A DNA stretch of 64,000 nt from Tubiluchus corallicola (Eukaryota > Animalia > Priapulida), in the NCBI GenBank assembly GCA_030141605.1, contig JAQGDQ010000024.1, positions 744,001 to 808,000 of the forward strand, read 5' to 3'. Both the position numbers and the translations under genes were made by a program. Below the pieces are notes generated by a model. It made no database searches. It was not told the DNA's origin and was given only the letters and a program-made list of their open reading frames with translations. Shown piece after piece: positions 40,209-53,050 of the stretch. Each line of letters starts with the position of its first letter. Position 1 is the stretch's first letter.

Positions 40209-42912
40209 TTCCTACTGAAACAAAATTGCTTTGGTCTTTCTGATTCTACGATAAAGTCCTCACAGTCATAATCATGATCATTATAGTTATATGGTGGAAA
40301 GATTTACTTTTTATATTAGTTGCCAATCGTCATCATTGTCATCATCACAATCAGCAGCATCAGCATCAGTCACATTTCAATGAACACTACCCAAAAGGCT
40401 TAAGAAATGCCTCCCATATGCAAATATCTCACAGAAAACTTAAAAACTACATATGGTATATCAGCACGACTTCTTGCCTAAATAGTAACAAGCCCACCCC
40501 CATCATGTACTTATCATTGCACTGGTCTGTGTAATGCAAAATCTGCCTGCGAGTGATAAGTGGGGAATTTCAGTATTTAATTACGCCTAGCAATGTTTTA
40601 TCATGTTACACAGGCACGAAGCCTTTTGCTTCATTAATTTCTCTTCTAATTATCCAGATGGGTAACGAGACGAACTGCAATCAGTCTGGCGCCCGCGGAT
40701 CGAGCTTTTTATGAAAAAAGAGGTAAAAACGCGTTAATCGCCGCGGCACAAACACGTGGCGGGGTGTCTAGAAGCCCTTTAGTGCCCAGTGTTGTCAACG
40801 AAAATTAAGCCATTTACTTTTGGGCGTCTTCCCACAAAAAACCTTTGTAGCATATAAAATATTCATTTCGTTGCCAACAAACTCTTGCGACAAATCTCCT
40901 TTCATCCTGTGTGAGTCTAAAATAAGGTTGTGAACACTGTAGCGCAAGGGTTTTTTATTTGGTGAACTGTGCAAATCTACTTCACCATCAAAAATATTGG
41001 AATAAACAAAATGCAATATTGCAATATTGTTCTAATACATGCACGTAAATACAGGGGGAAAGAAAGGTTGCGTAATTCTCTCTTCTCTTTGTGCTGTGAT
41101 GTTACTAATTCTGCTTCAGTGATTTTGTTAACTGAATGGTGTAAGCTTAACACTATAAGAGTACAAAAACTATAGTTAAAGGTTAATCCGTTAAGATAAA
41201 GAATTCACACAAGTGCAATTAATTATTAGCCCTCTCTTTAAGGTTTGATGAAGACGATCTTCAGTAACAGCAGAATTAAGGATTTGGCCACCGCATCTCG
41301 GTCAGAGGGTATATTCTAGCAGCACAGTAAAAAAGGGGGAAGCGATAATAGAAAGATATTTTTAACATATAGTACACAGACCGAAAACATACACTTTTTA
41401 TATAATAAATAGTATATGACTCACTAATAAGTAAGTGCAGCTTTATTTCACAATTTAACACGACACACCTAACTCTTTGCATAAAAGCAAAAAGCAACTA
41501 AATAAACATCTTTGAATAATGGATACAACATTGAACTACCAATTTTCAATTAACCGATGCTGTAAAAATATGTTGCTTCTCGAGACAACAAAATGCTGAT
41601 ATCCACTTCATTTGATAAAATCATGAATACTGTCACAAGTCTTACCTAGAAACTGGCAGGTCTGAACGAATTCTACACTAATTTCTGAAAGAATAGCAAT
41701 TAAAGCATTGTCTCTCGTCTGCGTCGTTTTATATTATATGGTATCTTTATACTATGCAGTTGCAAAAATATTGAACTGACCTCTTCATATATATTGTACT
41801 AGCGTACTGAAAGTCAAAACAACATAAATAATTTGCGGGATGAAATGGATAACTGCATTACCGGATAAGAACCACTGCAGACTGAATCGTTAATAAGCAC
41901 ATATGAACAAGGCACTAATTTTGCAATGTTGAACATTCTGCTGCCCAAACTGTCTTTCATTAAACGTGTACGTAATGTAACTGCCACAATATTGCATCAC
42001 TTATATGGTAAGGAATATTGAAATGTGCCCTTCAAGATTTGAAGATGCATTAATGATATAGTTAAGCAAATTGATGAAACTAAATTTTAATGATTACAAA
42101 GTGTGAAGTGAACATTCCTCTAGTGCAGCTTTGTTAATTCAACAGCTATGAATGTTGACAAGCTATTCTTCATTACCCATCCTATCACCATCATCATCTT
42201 ATTCTCTTACATGCAGCATCCATCTTGCAATTTTCATCTCTCCTTAACAAACCAATGTCACATTACCGCTCAGATTTACATGAGATATCCTGTCACTGCC
42301 TGACGTCATTTAAACTAATTGTCATCTTTAAAGAAAAATTTCTGTCAACATTTTATTAGCCTGCTTTTGATCTTTATGAATCCAATTAGGATGAGAGACA
42401 GACGTTCTTTGCTGAAATTTCGCATGCACTAATTCTGTTTTGCGTTTTAATGCAGTCTTGTCAAAATATGCCGCACAACGGGTTAGGCATTATTTTAGCC
42501 GAACCGACAGCGTTGGTTAATGATGCCGACGACTCGATCAATGGTTTTAAAGCTTAGACAAAACTCGGCACAATGTCAGAGTATAAGAGACGAGCAGTCG
42601 AATGACTAATGAAATTAATTTGGAATTTAGTTTAATGTAAAAGCGCGGTGTTAAAGCGCTTCCTGAACTGCATTGCCGATAATAACGTAAAATGCAGTAG
42701 CAGAAAACAACTGACACAGGCAATAAGTTTTAGTTTAGAAGCCCAATTAAGGTTTTTAATTCACAAAAGCCAATCAGTATACCTAAAAAGAATGTAGTGG
42801 GCCTTTTAACAGGTTACGATTACTTGAAAACCATTCACGAAAGTCACCAAACGTAACATTGAACTTCTGCCTATCGAAAGTCTCCTTAACAGAAAACGAA
42901 AACGAACTTGTA

Positions 42913-45545
42913 TTTATTTCCAGCTAACATGCTAGCTTTCCCCTCAATTAGCTAATAGTAACTCTTTTTTGATAAACAAACAATAACTTGAATTTATAGG
43001 ATGAAGATAATCACAACTCAGAAATACAGACTGCGAAGACACACAAAATACAAAGAAACTTGTTTTAAAAGATAACTCTTCTCTATTAAAATAATTATGA
43101 GGCACAAAATGCAGAAAAAAGATTCATATTTATAGTCATTTTTATTTAAGAAAAAACATTAAATAAAAAAAACAAGCGCCTAGTCCAATCACAGTGTATG
43201 AGAGCCCAAAAGTTTCTCAAACAAGCCATAGCCTACGCTTTCAGCAATCCTATGCGTACAGAAACACAACCATTTCCTGTTTTATCAAAGCATCCAGAAA
43301 CAAAACCATACCGTTGCTGAATGATCATTACTGAGCAAGCAAGACTCTGCCAAACTTCTTCAACACCAAGTGTTCATATATGTGTGTGTACTAAAGTAGG
43401 CTAGTTATTTCCCACCAATGATATCAGTTATTAATGTAATTTAGCAGTGTGGGACCGCAGTAACGATACGTGGAGAGCTAATCATCCAATCCAATTAGAG
43501 AGCATTGTACTGCATGTAATAGCTGTCTGCATAAATTCTGCAGATGATATTGATAACGCACAGAGACAGGACTCTAAGCACTGTCGCTAAAAGCCAGCAG
43601 CATTACGTAATCAGTTCTGCGATTTTACACATTCCAGAACTTTTCCGAATTCTGACAAGACTTTTAGTACGTTTTCGGATTTTCCTAGTTAGCCGTTATT
43701 AGGAGTATATTAGCCATATCTCTGCCTGTCAATTTCAGCAGCAGACTTGCAATTACGGGGACAAGAAATAAACTATTACTGCCAAATTATCTTGACAAGT
43801 TGTCATGGTGTTGTTGTAAGAGTGCAGCACATTATAATCTGTGTTATAATGAGCAGTGTTGGTGTGGCATTGTTGCTGCATCAATAGAGTCTGGATAAAA
43901 CAGGATATCAGAAATGTTATCAGGGCGCGTCTTTATTTAAAAATATAATAGACTCGGAGAAATTATGGCACAGTCCTACGGCTGAAAGAAGCTTATTTTA
44001 CACGTTGGAGGAACCTTAATTTGAAAAAAAGATTATTCTACTACTAATTGGGGTAATGTTTAATACATATCAGATTAAAGAAAAGGCGTGGGTCATTACG
44101 TAAATGTATAATAATCTAAGCTCTTGTAAAATATACAATGGAAAGTGAACACAGCTATTTCACCAGTGACAACTACATCAGTTTCAGTTTTAGCATTTCT
44201 AATATTCAAACTTCCCCTGTCTGTCTCCAAGGAGGAGAGAAGCCCAATTTAATGTGCTTAAACGACTTGCCCATTATACTGACTGAATTAAGTCTGAAAA
44301 TGACTTAGTGACGACTTGGTGAGTTCTACCAGCATAAAATTAATGACCACGTACTCTCTATAGGTAGAAATAATCCAACAGCCTTGCCCGCACACAGGTT
44401 ATTGAAAAATATTTTGATTTTTTTGCAGAAAGGTGAAGTGTTCCCATTTAGGTTTAGGGGAATCAAATTGGTAACCTAAATGTATTCACTTCCCCAGTGT
44501 AATAGTTTTACTTCAAGGAGAGGGCAAGAATGTGGAGATATTAATATTGCTCCCTTGTGTGTAAGGGCTTGATTTCACATCTTGTTTAACATTGACCTAG
44601 ATGCCGGATGCAACTTCTGTGTTAAAAAAGAAATTTTTTGACGCTCCCATTTATTTGTACTCTACACTGTAGTAACTGAAACATGTATAAATTATTTGAC
44701 GTAATTTTGCTTAATATCAAATGGACTTATAATAGAAGATAATTGTCAAACTTTGATATGCATTCTATAATTATACTTGACAGGTTTTACTTATTTGCAA
44801 CCATCTGCTCTCACAAGCGGCTGCACTTCTCATCTGATTCTCCAGGAAATAATTTCAGCCCTCTAGTGAATCTGAAGAAAGCTTTCATCTTTTACAAGCC
44901 TTCTAGGCTAAACCCATCCATGATTATTAATAAGGCACTTAGCCCTTTCGAAAAAATCAATTACACCTTGTGCATTAAATTAAAACTGTTCTGCATATTT
45001 AAGTTGGCTGTGATTAATAGTACAATCACACAATGGAATAACGTATCAATTCAGCTTAGTTCAGACTAAGACACTCACAAGGAATATTGTCGAAAAGTTA
45101 TTAAACAAACGCAGTGGCATCAAAGTTTAATGTTTGCCATGCACGCAGTTAGTTAAAGCCCACATGAAAATCAATACACAAATGTAGAATATTTGTTTCC
45201 AAACTTTTTAGAAGGAAATCTTTACTATTAGAAGACAGTTGGGCAAATAGATATTGAATTTATAACAAAAAGGGTAAATGGGGGAATTATGGGAAAAACT
45301 AATGCAGTGACCAAACTAATGCGGGGGCTGATGAAAGTTTAGTTTTGTATATATAAAAATTCTGTACTTCAAGTAGAAATTCATGTTGAATCCTGTCTGT
45401 GATTATAATATGTCTGCATTAATTTTAATGGAACCGGTTTACATGTTCCTAGAAAGCAGTAATCCGGTCGTACCGTATTTGCAAGATTAATATTTCCTTG
45501 GAAATTGCTCTCTTTTTAAATTAAACAAGTAGAGAGCTCAGTTGT
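42913..45545 (-). other. zfh2: Putative zfh2 3' UTR with candidate AATAAA signals
   Basis: Minus-strand AATAAA occurs at 44650-44655, 43932-43937, 43141-43146 and 42913-42918. The last two are followed (mRNA sense) by U/GU-rich sequence. The true 3' end cannot be determined from sequence. Confidence 0.4.
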
Positions 45546-45667
45546 TCATGCAAGACAAAAATGAACTGTTCCCTGCAGTAAGATGATATAACTGACATCT
45601 GATATCAATTGTGTCTGGCTGAAGCTGCCAGCAACAGCAGTTTGTAGAAATAAATTTGTGTAAATCT
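45546..45667 (-). CDS. zfh2: Probable terminal coding exon of zfh2 (EIYTNLFLQTAVAGSFSQTQLISDVSYIILLQGTVHFCLA*)
   Basis: The 124-bp intron has a CTGAC branch-like motif and a strong polypyrimidine tract (tttctttacttttccttctgcatcag|AG). The phase-1 join gives an open frame to TGA at 45548-45546. I do not recognise the peptide. Confidence 0.5.
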
Positions 45668-45791
45668 CTGATGCAGAAGGAAAAGTAAAGAAATAATAAG
45701 TGTCAGAAATGCAGCCTTTAATGAAAAATATTATGTAATTTTAGTTTCATCAGTTTCCGCATACATCACAAATAAACAATAGAAAAGGTAC

Positions 45792-46014
45792 CTTGCAACA
45801 TGGCTGGGTGTAGAAATGGTGCCGCAGGAAAACTGAAGCCAGACATGCCTGCCCCAAATAGGTATGGGAAGTAGGCCGCCATGTTGTTGTCGGGAGGTGG
45901 TTGCATGCTTCCAGCCAGACCGATGTCACTGAATGGGTTGCTTAGAGTGACTGCGCTCTGATTAACTGGTGGCCTTGGTTCCTTGGAAGTCTCATCAAAA
46001 GTTTTCTCATCACA
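45792..46014 (-). CDS. zfh2: Next coding exon of zfh2 (CDEKTFDETSKEPRPP...MAAYFPYLFGAGMSGFSFPAAPFLHPAMLQ-G)
   Basis: Acceptor tgcattttgcag|TGT is phase 0 and matches the phase-0 donor at 46875 (860-bp intron). The frame is open and Pro/Phe/Gly-rich like ZFHX C-terminal regions. Donor CAAG|gtacct at 45792/45791 is phase 1. Confidence 0.85.
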
Positions 46015-46874
46015 CTGCAAAATGCATCAGTTATCAGTGCAAGATGCGAACAAATTATCCTGACATGTCTGTTGTTATAAATATAATAATTCCCTCAAGT
46101 AACATAACTCGGTAGAGACAGCACATAAAACAGTCTCACAGAAAATTTGTAGAGATTGCCTTACGACATTTATTTTTTACAGATTCAGTCGTAAGCTGAC
46201 TCATTTCATAATGTTAACAAATGTTACAACCTTGATGGCCGCCGAATATATATTGGAAAAACTAAATTTTATAGCTTAAGCACTCCATTATTCAAAATAA
46301 CTATTACATATTCAAGCTGAGGGGAAAATACCGAACTGAAACTATTTTCCAATCTCCCAAAATTCAATTACAGGAGCTATTCCATTATGAAGCCTGCAAA
46401 TTTTTCGTGGTTTATAGACTTAATAAGCTACTGATTCCGTCTGACGTAAAACACAACCATTAACGGAAGCAAAAACATTCTCCTTTGGGATAAAATTAAT
46501 AAACGAATGTCAAAATGGTAAGAAAAGCCATTATTAAAAACATCAAAGAATCGTAGTAGATTATGTAATGACTTTTACAACAAGCTGCACTCTACCGATA
46601 TTCAAGTATTAAATGTTGTGTGACGCAAACAGTCGTGTATTAGTCACTTGAAATCAAACCACTGTGGAATATCAAATATCTTTTGCAAAACCAAATGAAG
46701 CCATGCAGCCTTTCTGGAAAACAATAAATTACAAAGAGTTTACTTTCAAGTGCATTTTCTACATTACCAAAAACCAAGTTATCTCAGAACAAACAAATAT
46801 GCAAACAATGAGTGCTGCCAGCATTACTTCTAATTTAATCCCCTATATAAATCGTAAAGATGATTAAAACCAAC

Positions 46875-49800
46875 CTGGATGCCATTAAGTTTGGCTGTGA
46901 CAGCTGTTGAATCTGCAACAGTAGTACTAGTCACTGGGAATGAGGTTGAAACGGTCAGCCCAGCTATGCTCTGCAGTTGCTGCGTGTGTGAAGTCATTGA
47001 TGCACTATTCTGACTGATCTCATAGGTCCTCATAAGTTGAGCTAAAGCCAATGCAGATTCACTACTACTTCCTCCACCCTCGCCTTCTTTTTGCTGAATA
47101 CAGCTGATAATGTTAGCAACATGATGCTTTGTGAAAACGTGATCCTGGATAGTATACTTATGCGTGTAAGTTGCCTTGCAAAGTTGACATTTGGTAGGAG
47201 GCAAAGAGGCAATGTCGCCTTCTTGGCCAGTTTGTTTTGCTAAGCTGAGCTTATTCTTCTTCTCCTTTGCACGAGCATTTTGAAACCACACTTGGACCAC
47301 ACGCTTTGGCAGTCCGATCTCTTTTCCAACAAGTTCACATTCTGCCATAGATGGTGTCTTGTAGTCAGCAAACAGACACTTCATCACCTTGACCTGCAAG
47401 TTTGACATCTGTGTGCGGAAACGCTTGTTTGCAGGATGTCTGTTTGGCGAATTTGGATTTTGATCTCCATGATACCAGTCACTGTCAATACTCTGGGTCT
47501 CAGAACAGGTCTCTGAGTGATTTTCTCCCTCTTTTGTTGAACTCTTCGGTGTGGTATTGTCTAACTGGTGTTCCCCTGTTTCATTAGTTGCCGTCCACGA
47601 CGTGGTCAGTCCATCACCATCAGTTTGGCTCCAAGGAAGATCTGTTGGTTTCCGTCTGCTCTCTTCAGTTTCCAGAATTTCACTCATTTCCCCACTGTTT
47701 AGTTTCCAAATAGGTCCATAGGGTTCTTTTGCTTCTTTTGAACTGGTGAGGTTATCAGCAGCTTTCTTTAACAAATGCTCGGGTGATTCTTTTGCTGAGT
47801 GCATTTTCCAAGGATAATCATTTAAGTCATGCTGCTCATCATGGTTCTCACTCACTGGTGGCTTAGTAACAACTTTGTCATGTATTCTGGCAGCCACTAA
47901 GCTTTCTGTAGGAAGCTCTTGCTTAGTATTAGGGGAACTTAAATGTTCTAAGTAACGTCTAAGTGAGTCCTCATAAAACCTCTTCATTGCACCCTCGAGA
48001 TAAGGATCTGCACTTAAATTATCAGTACTTGGAGATACAATTTTTTCACTTACTGATGTGCATGGGCTACTGGGCTGATCACCCGGCTCAGGTTCTGCAT
48101 TGGGTAAGTTGTCAATGTTGATGTCACCTCTGGACACATGTTCTGCATGTTTTGTTGCAAGATGCGATTCCAGAGCACTTCGGGCTTTAAACAAAGCCCT
48201 GCAAAATGGGCATCGTTTGTTGATTGCTTGCTGGTGACAGCGAAAGTGACCCTTTCTTTCTCGTGCTCTGGTATTTTGAAACCAAACTTGGACAACACGT
48301 TTGCGTAGTGCTACTTCTCTTGATATTTCTTCTAACTGTTTTCTGCTTGGATTAGAATCTCTCTGGTATTGTTGATATAAGTAGTCTAGTTGCTCTGGAA
48401 GAATAGTCGTACGCAAACGTTTACCATGTTGTTCGCCCTCATCTATTTCTTCGCTTTCAGTCTTTCGCTTCAAAAAAGACCTATTGTCAAAATTCTGTAA
48501 TTGACCAAATGCGCTATTAGGAGAAAACTGAAGCATCATACTGGGATCAATCATGTGAACAGTTTGATGCTCTTTCCAATGGTCAAATCGCGTAAAGGTG
48601 AGGCTGCATTTGTCACAATCAAAAGAAGGCTCACTTGGCCGTTTCTCGTTTGACGGAGATACTGTCATGTTCAATGACAATGGCTGACCAGTGAAGCTAC
48701 CTTGACTGCTGTTGCTATTACATGACGACTGCATAGAATCAAGTGCACCTACCCTTGATCCACTCTCTTCTTTGTAGCATACTGTTTTCTGGTGTTTAAT
48801 AAGCTCATAGTAGCGCTGAAACACCAGACAACATCTTTTGCACTGATAGTTTAATCCAGGAGTTCGCTGGTAACGCAGTTCATCACCCTCTTGTGGTGGC
48901 TGGTTCTCATAAATTTTTCGAGCTTTCTGTCTTGCATTCTGAAACCAGACTACAATTACTCTAGGACTCAACCCCAACATTTTTGACAAATGATCTAACT
49001 CGTCATCTTTTGGATATGCATTCTTTTCAAAGTAGTCATGGAGGACCTTTATCTGATAATCGGTAAACCGGGTTCTATTTGCTCGACGAGGAGTAGACTC
49101 GTGATATGAATATCCAGCTCCAGAATTGTGAGAGTATGAGTTACCAGATGGAGAGGTAGACAAAGGGTTTGTACCTGGTTGGCTATAATTTGAGGTAGTA
49201 CTGTCCATACTAGCTTGTGAATACTGAGGAGTAGGGTATGGAGAACTAGTAAAAGCTGGATTGCTCATTGGTGAAGAAAACCAGGAAGATAAAGGAGTAA
49301 GACTAGATGAGGGTGGATATGGTGTCGAATAATATCGCAAAGATGAACTATCTTTATTCTCATTATGCGGAAGCTCTGTGTTATGATCTTCTGCTTTTTG
49401 TGAATTCAAAGGTTGCGAATTGGGCAAAATTTGACTTTCAGCCATAAATGGTTTAGAAATGCAGAAACCTTCAGTCTTGTGTATTTCATTATCAGCTCTT
49501 GATCTGTCAGTAGGTCTAACTTCATCATGTATACCAGTGGAAGTTGCAGTGTTTGGCTGCCGAAGATTTTCAGCTTCTTGATTAATATCTTTCAAATGTT
49601 CATGATTTGTCTTATTATCACTGATTGAAGATGAAGCAATACTTATAGCGCTGTGTCTTCTGCTTTTTTCTTTGTCTTCAACGGTATCAGTTTCACCTTT
49701 GCCTTGATTGACATTATCATTTATAATCATATCATTATACTGGATTTTCTCATGAGGGTCAACAGTTCTGTCTAGTTGGCTCCCTTCTTGTTTTACATCA

Positions 49801-52800
49801 GTAATGTCAGATTCTTCCTTCTTTACGTCATGATCAGGGTGAAGAACCGATGTTGGTGGATTATTGAAATTGTAAGGAGAATCTTTATTTCTTTGGCGCT
49901 CTTTAAATAAAGTGTTTCTAAACCAATGCTTGATAACTTTTGGTGGTAGACTAGTGGTGTTGCTTAGTTCCAATATTTGATCCTCACTTGGTGAATTGTT
50001 GATATCAAAATGTGCTCTTAAAATTTTTAACTGTTCATCACTGATTCGAGTTCTAGCTCGTTTCTGCGCAGCTTGGGCTGCCATGGCAGCAGCTGATGCA
50101 GCAGTGGTATGCTGCGACTGCTGACTTTGCATGATATCAGGCATCAACTGAGCCAGGGCAGCTTGTTGATACTGAGCTGCATCAATGTGTGGTGGCATCA
50201 TGACAGGAATCAATGGTGGATGAAGATTCATAGCAGCCAGCATAGACATATTCATATTCAATGGAAATCCAAGATTAACTCTAAAGTTCATCATGTGTGA
50301 GCTGAATGGATTCACATCAAATCCGCCAATAGTATGAGCAGCAAGAGAACCAGTATTTGCAGAATTTGACTCGAAAGATGTAGCGGCTGCAACAAATTCT
50401 GCAGAACTGGCAGCTGCCTCAGCTATTTGCTGCTGATAAACTTTGCTTTCCCAATCGGCTTTAAATTTTTCTGAATACTTTTCTACAGCATTTAGTGGAA
50501 TAACATCTTTGTGGCGCTCTTCTTCATGTGCCTTTAGAACCCAAATGCTAGAAAATTCTCTTCCACATTTACTACACTTGCATTTGTTCATTTCGGGGAA
50601 ATCATTCACAGTTTTTTCCTTGTATGCAACATTATCTTTACTGCTAATTTCATCATTCTTTTTTGCATCTTCTTCTATTTGCGCAGTGTCAAAATTTTCT
50701 TTTTTGTCTGTCGTTGAGGTAGATGGCTCAGTTTTACTATCTTCTTCATTTGTTAGTCCGGATTTACCTGGTTCCATTTCTACAGTTGGATTAATAGGCT
50801 TATCATCATCTGTTTCTTCCATCTTTCTTTTTTTGTTACGACGCTGGTAGTACTCATTGAACTGCATGACAATTTCAAAACCGTACCCTTCCAATAACTG
50901 CTTGTGCAATGCAGATTTAGTGCGACGAATAAATGCAGGTTGTTTCAAAGTATGTTCCTCTTCCGTAAGTGTTTGTTCAGCCTTTGATGTTAAAGATTCA
51001 AATGGGGTAGTTGAAGGCTGAGCACCCAACATAGAGGCAGCATGAAGTTGCTGACTAAAAAAGCAAAACATCTTCTGATGCTGGAGTAATGCTTCTTGAG
51101 TCATAAACATAGAATTGCAGTTAGGACAAGTGTACAGTGCTTGAGATGGAAACAAGAAAGGTGGCTGTGCAAACTGTGACGCTCCCGGTTGTAAGCCTAA
51201 TGGTGCAGCTAAAGGTGTGCTAATAATGGAATTCATCAAATTTGACATTGTAGAAGATGTCGCTGCTGTAGACTGTACACTGCTAGAAGTAGGCAATCCT
51301 TTTGGTGACTGAGGTTCTAACTTCTTTGCAGTTGCAAGGAGCATTTCCTCCAACATTTTTCTATGTTGTTCTTCTTGTTCTTTCCCAGGTTTTTGAATTT
51401 CAGGTTGTTCAATTAGAGGTTGACTGAGATCAACTTGACCTGTGAGTGCCAACTCTTGTAGCTTACTTGCTCTTGTCTGATGTAGAACAGATCTGATGTG
51501 GATATCCAATGTTGATCCTTGACTATATGCAACCTTACAGATATTGCACTTGTATTTCTTCTCTTCCTCGGGACTTGCTGGAGATAATTTCGATTCAGCC
51601 GCATTCTTTTTAAGTTTATGAAGATGTGAAACAGAGTTGTAATGAACTAGAAGTATGCTTTTCTGAGTAAATGACTCTTTACAAATGTCACATTTATACG
51701 GTCGATTTGGATCCAAGTATTTTTCCATAGGAGAGCTGAATCTTTCTCCTTTACGATGCACAAGAGTTTTATTATGACTCAGGAGATAATTATGCTTAGT
51801 GTAAGCTACTCGACAACGATGGCATTTAAACTTTCTGTTAGGATCATCAAAATTTTCCTCTGCCATAGCTTGAGTATTCAAGTAATCATCCAGTAACTGT
51901 CCTTCATTTGAGGTCAATCCAATCTCCTTGTGAAAATTTTCGGCTGAAGTGTCAGCTGAAGTCTCCACGTCGACAGAACTGTCAACTACTTCACCTTCCT
52001 CAAACTCTCTTTTTATTTCTCCTTCAACAATGCTACTCATACTGTGTGCGTCACGTGGATAAAGTGATGCAGCAAGCAAACTTTTGTACTGCTCAAGCTC
52101 TAATGCAGAGACATCTGGATGAGATAACTCAATGTGCTTCTGCAGGGAAGAGACTGATTTAAAATTGCGGTCGCATATGTTGCATTTTGTTGCTGCTCTG
52201 ATCATGTGATATTGACTGTGCAGCTGTAGTTTGTCCATCGTCTTGAAAGCCAAACTGCATTGGCTACAACGAAATTTGTAAACATGGCGCTCGGATATTG
52301 TTTGAATTTGTCGTTTAGCGTGGATCTCACGAAAGTGTGTTTGAAGTGCTTGAGGAGTTTTAAAATATTGGTTACACCCCTTTTTCCAGCAAAGATATCC
52401 CAATCCTCGTGGCGTTTGTTGCAGTTTTAAATGACCATGTCGATTTTGATGGCTGAACAAATCCTCAAGTGTCATAAAGCTTTTTAGACACATGTGACAT
52501 TGATATTCCTCTACTTCTTGTGGATTTTCTTCAATATCAGCCATTGTACCTTCTTGGTTTGTGGTAATACTATCATTTTTGGAATCACCTTTGAATTTCA
52601 TAGACGAAATTGTGTTTACTGAAGTCGCAGAACTCGATGAACTAGTTGTTGTTGGGACACTAGGTGGTGATGACCAATCAGGTTGCTCAACCATCAACAG
52701 TAGTCTTTGCAAACCCTCTGGTGTAACATTGTGCACTTTTACTAAGTGGCTCTCCATTTTTGATCTCTCTTGTTGTATTTCTGGACATAGCGGGCATTGA

Positions 52801-53050
52801 ACTTCCTTCTGATGTTGAGTGTGCTGTGCAACAACATGTGCTTGTAGTCGTAGTTCACTGCCGCTGCTGTAGTTACAGTAAGGGCAAATGTGAAGCTTCT
52901 CTGTGCTGCTGCTGCTGATGCTAACAGCTGGAGTGGTTTCTTCCATAAGAGCCTGCTTAAGCATACTCTTTTCTTCCTGCAGAGCATCAGCTGAGCTAAC
53001 TGTTCCTTCAACTGCAGCTTGAGCATTGTCAGGAGTGCTTGCTTTTTCAT
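46875..53050 (-). CDS. zfh2: Giant internal coding exon of zinc finger homeobox protein (Zfh2/ZFHX3-ZFHX4/ATBF1 family): 15 C2H2/C2HC fingers plus 4 homeodomains
   Basis: The 2103-aa ORF 46830..53141 is trimmed to splice sites: acceptor ttttttacttttgtttacag|AT at 53051/53050 (phase 1) and donor ATC CAG|gttggt at 46875/46874 (phase 0). It carries ZFHX-diagnostic motifs: KYLDPNRPYKCDICKESFTQKSILLVHYNSVSH, KHWFRNTLFKERQRNKDSPYNF, VWFQNARQKARKIYENQP, KRCPFCRALFKARSALESH, KRFRTQMSNLQVKVMK. Confidence 0.97.
47250..47429 (-). other. zfh2: Homeodomain 4 of Zfh2 (NKRFRTQMSNLQVK...VWFQNARAKEKK)
   Basis: 60-aa homeodomain with WFQN, followed by the CQLC...HVFTKHH finger. Confidence 0.95.
48246..48425 (-). 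other. zfh2: Homeodomain 3 of Zfh2 (GKRLRTTILPEQLD...VWFQNTRARERKG)
   Basis: 60-aa homeodomain with WFQN, followed by the CPFC zinc finger as in ZFHX3/4. Confidence 0.95.
48909..49088 (-). other. zfh2: Homeodomain 2 of Zfh2 (RRANRTRFTDYQIK...VWFQNARQKARKIY)
   Basis: 60-aa homeodomain with WFQN, in frame with the long ORF. Confidence 0.95.
49887..50066 (-). other. zfh2: Homeodomain 1 of Zfh2 (QKRARTRISDEQL...KHWFRNTLFKERQRN)
   Basis: 60-aa homeodomain with the WFRNT helix-3 signature typical of the first ZFHX homeodomain. Confidence 0.95.

Noticed and set aside
46830-46874. ORF tail VGFNHLYDLYRGLN* as the true C-terminus
   Set aside because: A phase-matched donor (46875) and acceptor (46014) continue the protein; the tail is most likely intron read-through.
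47402-53050. Short antisense and alternative-frame ORFs overlapping the zfh2 exon
   Set aside because: Expected shadows of a long coding exon; no independent signal.
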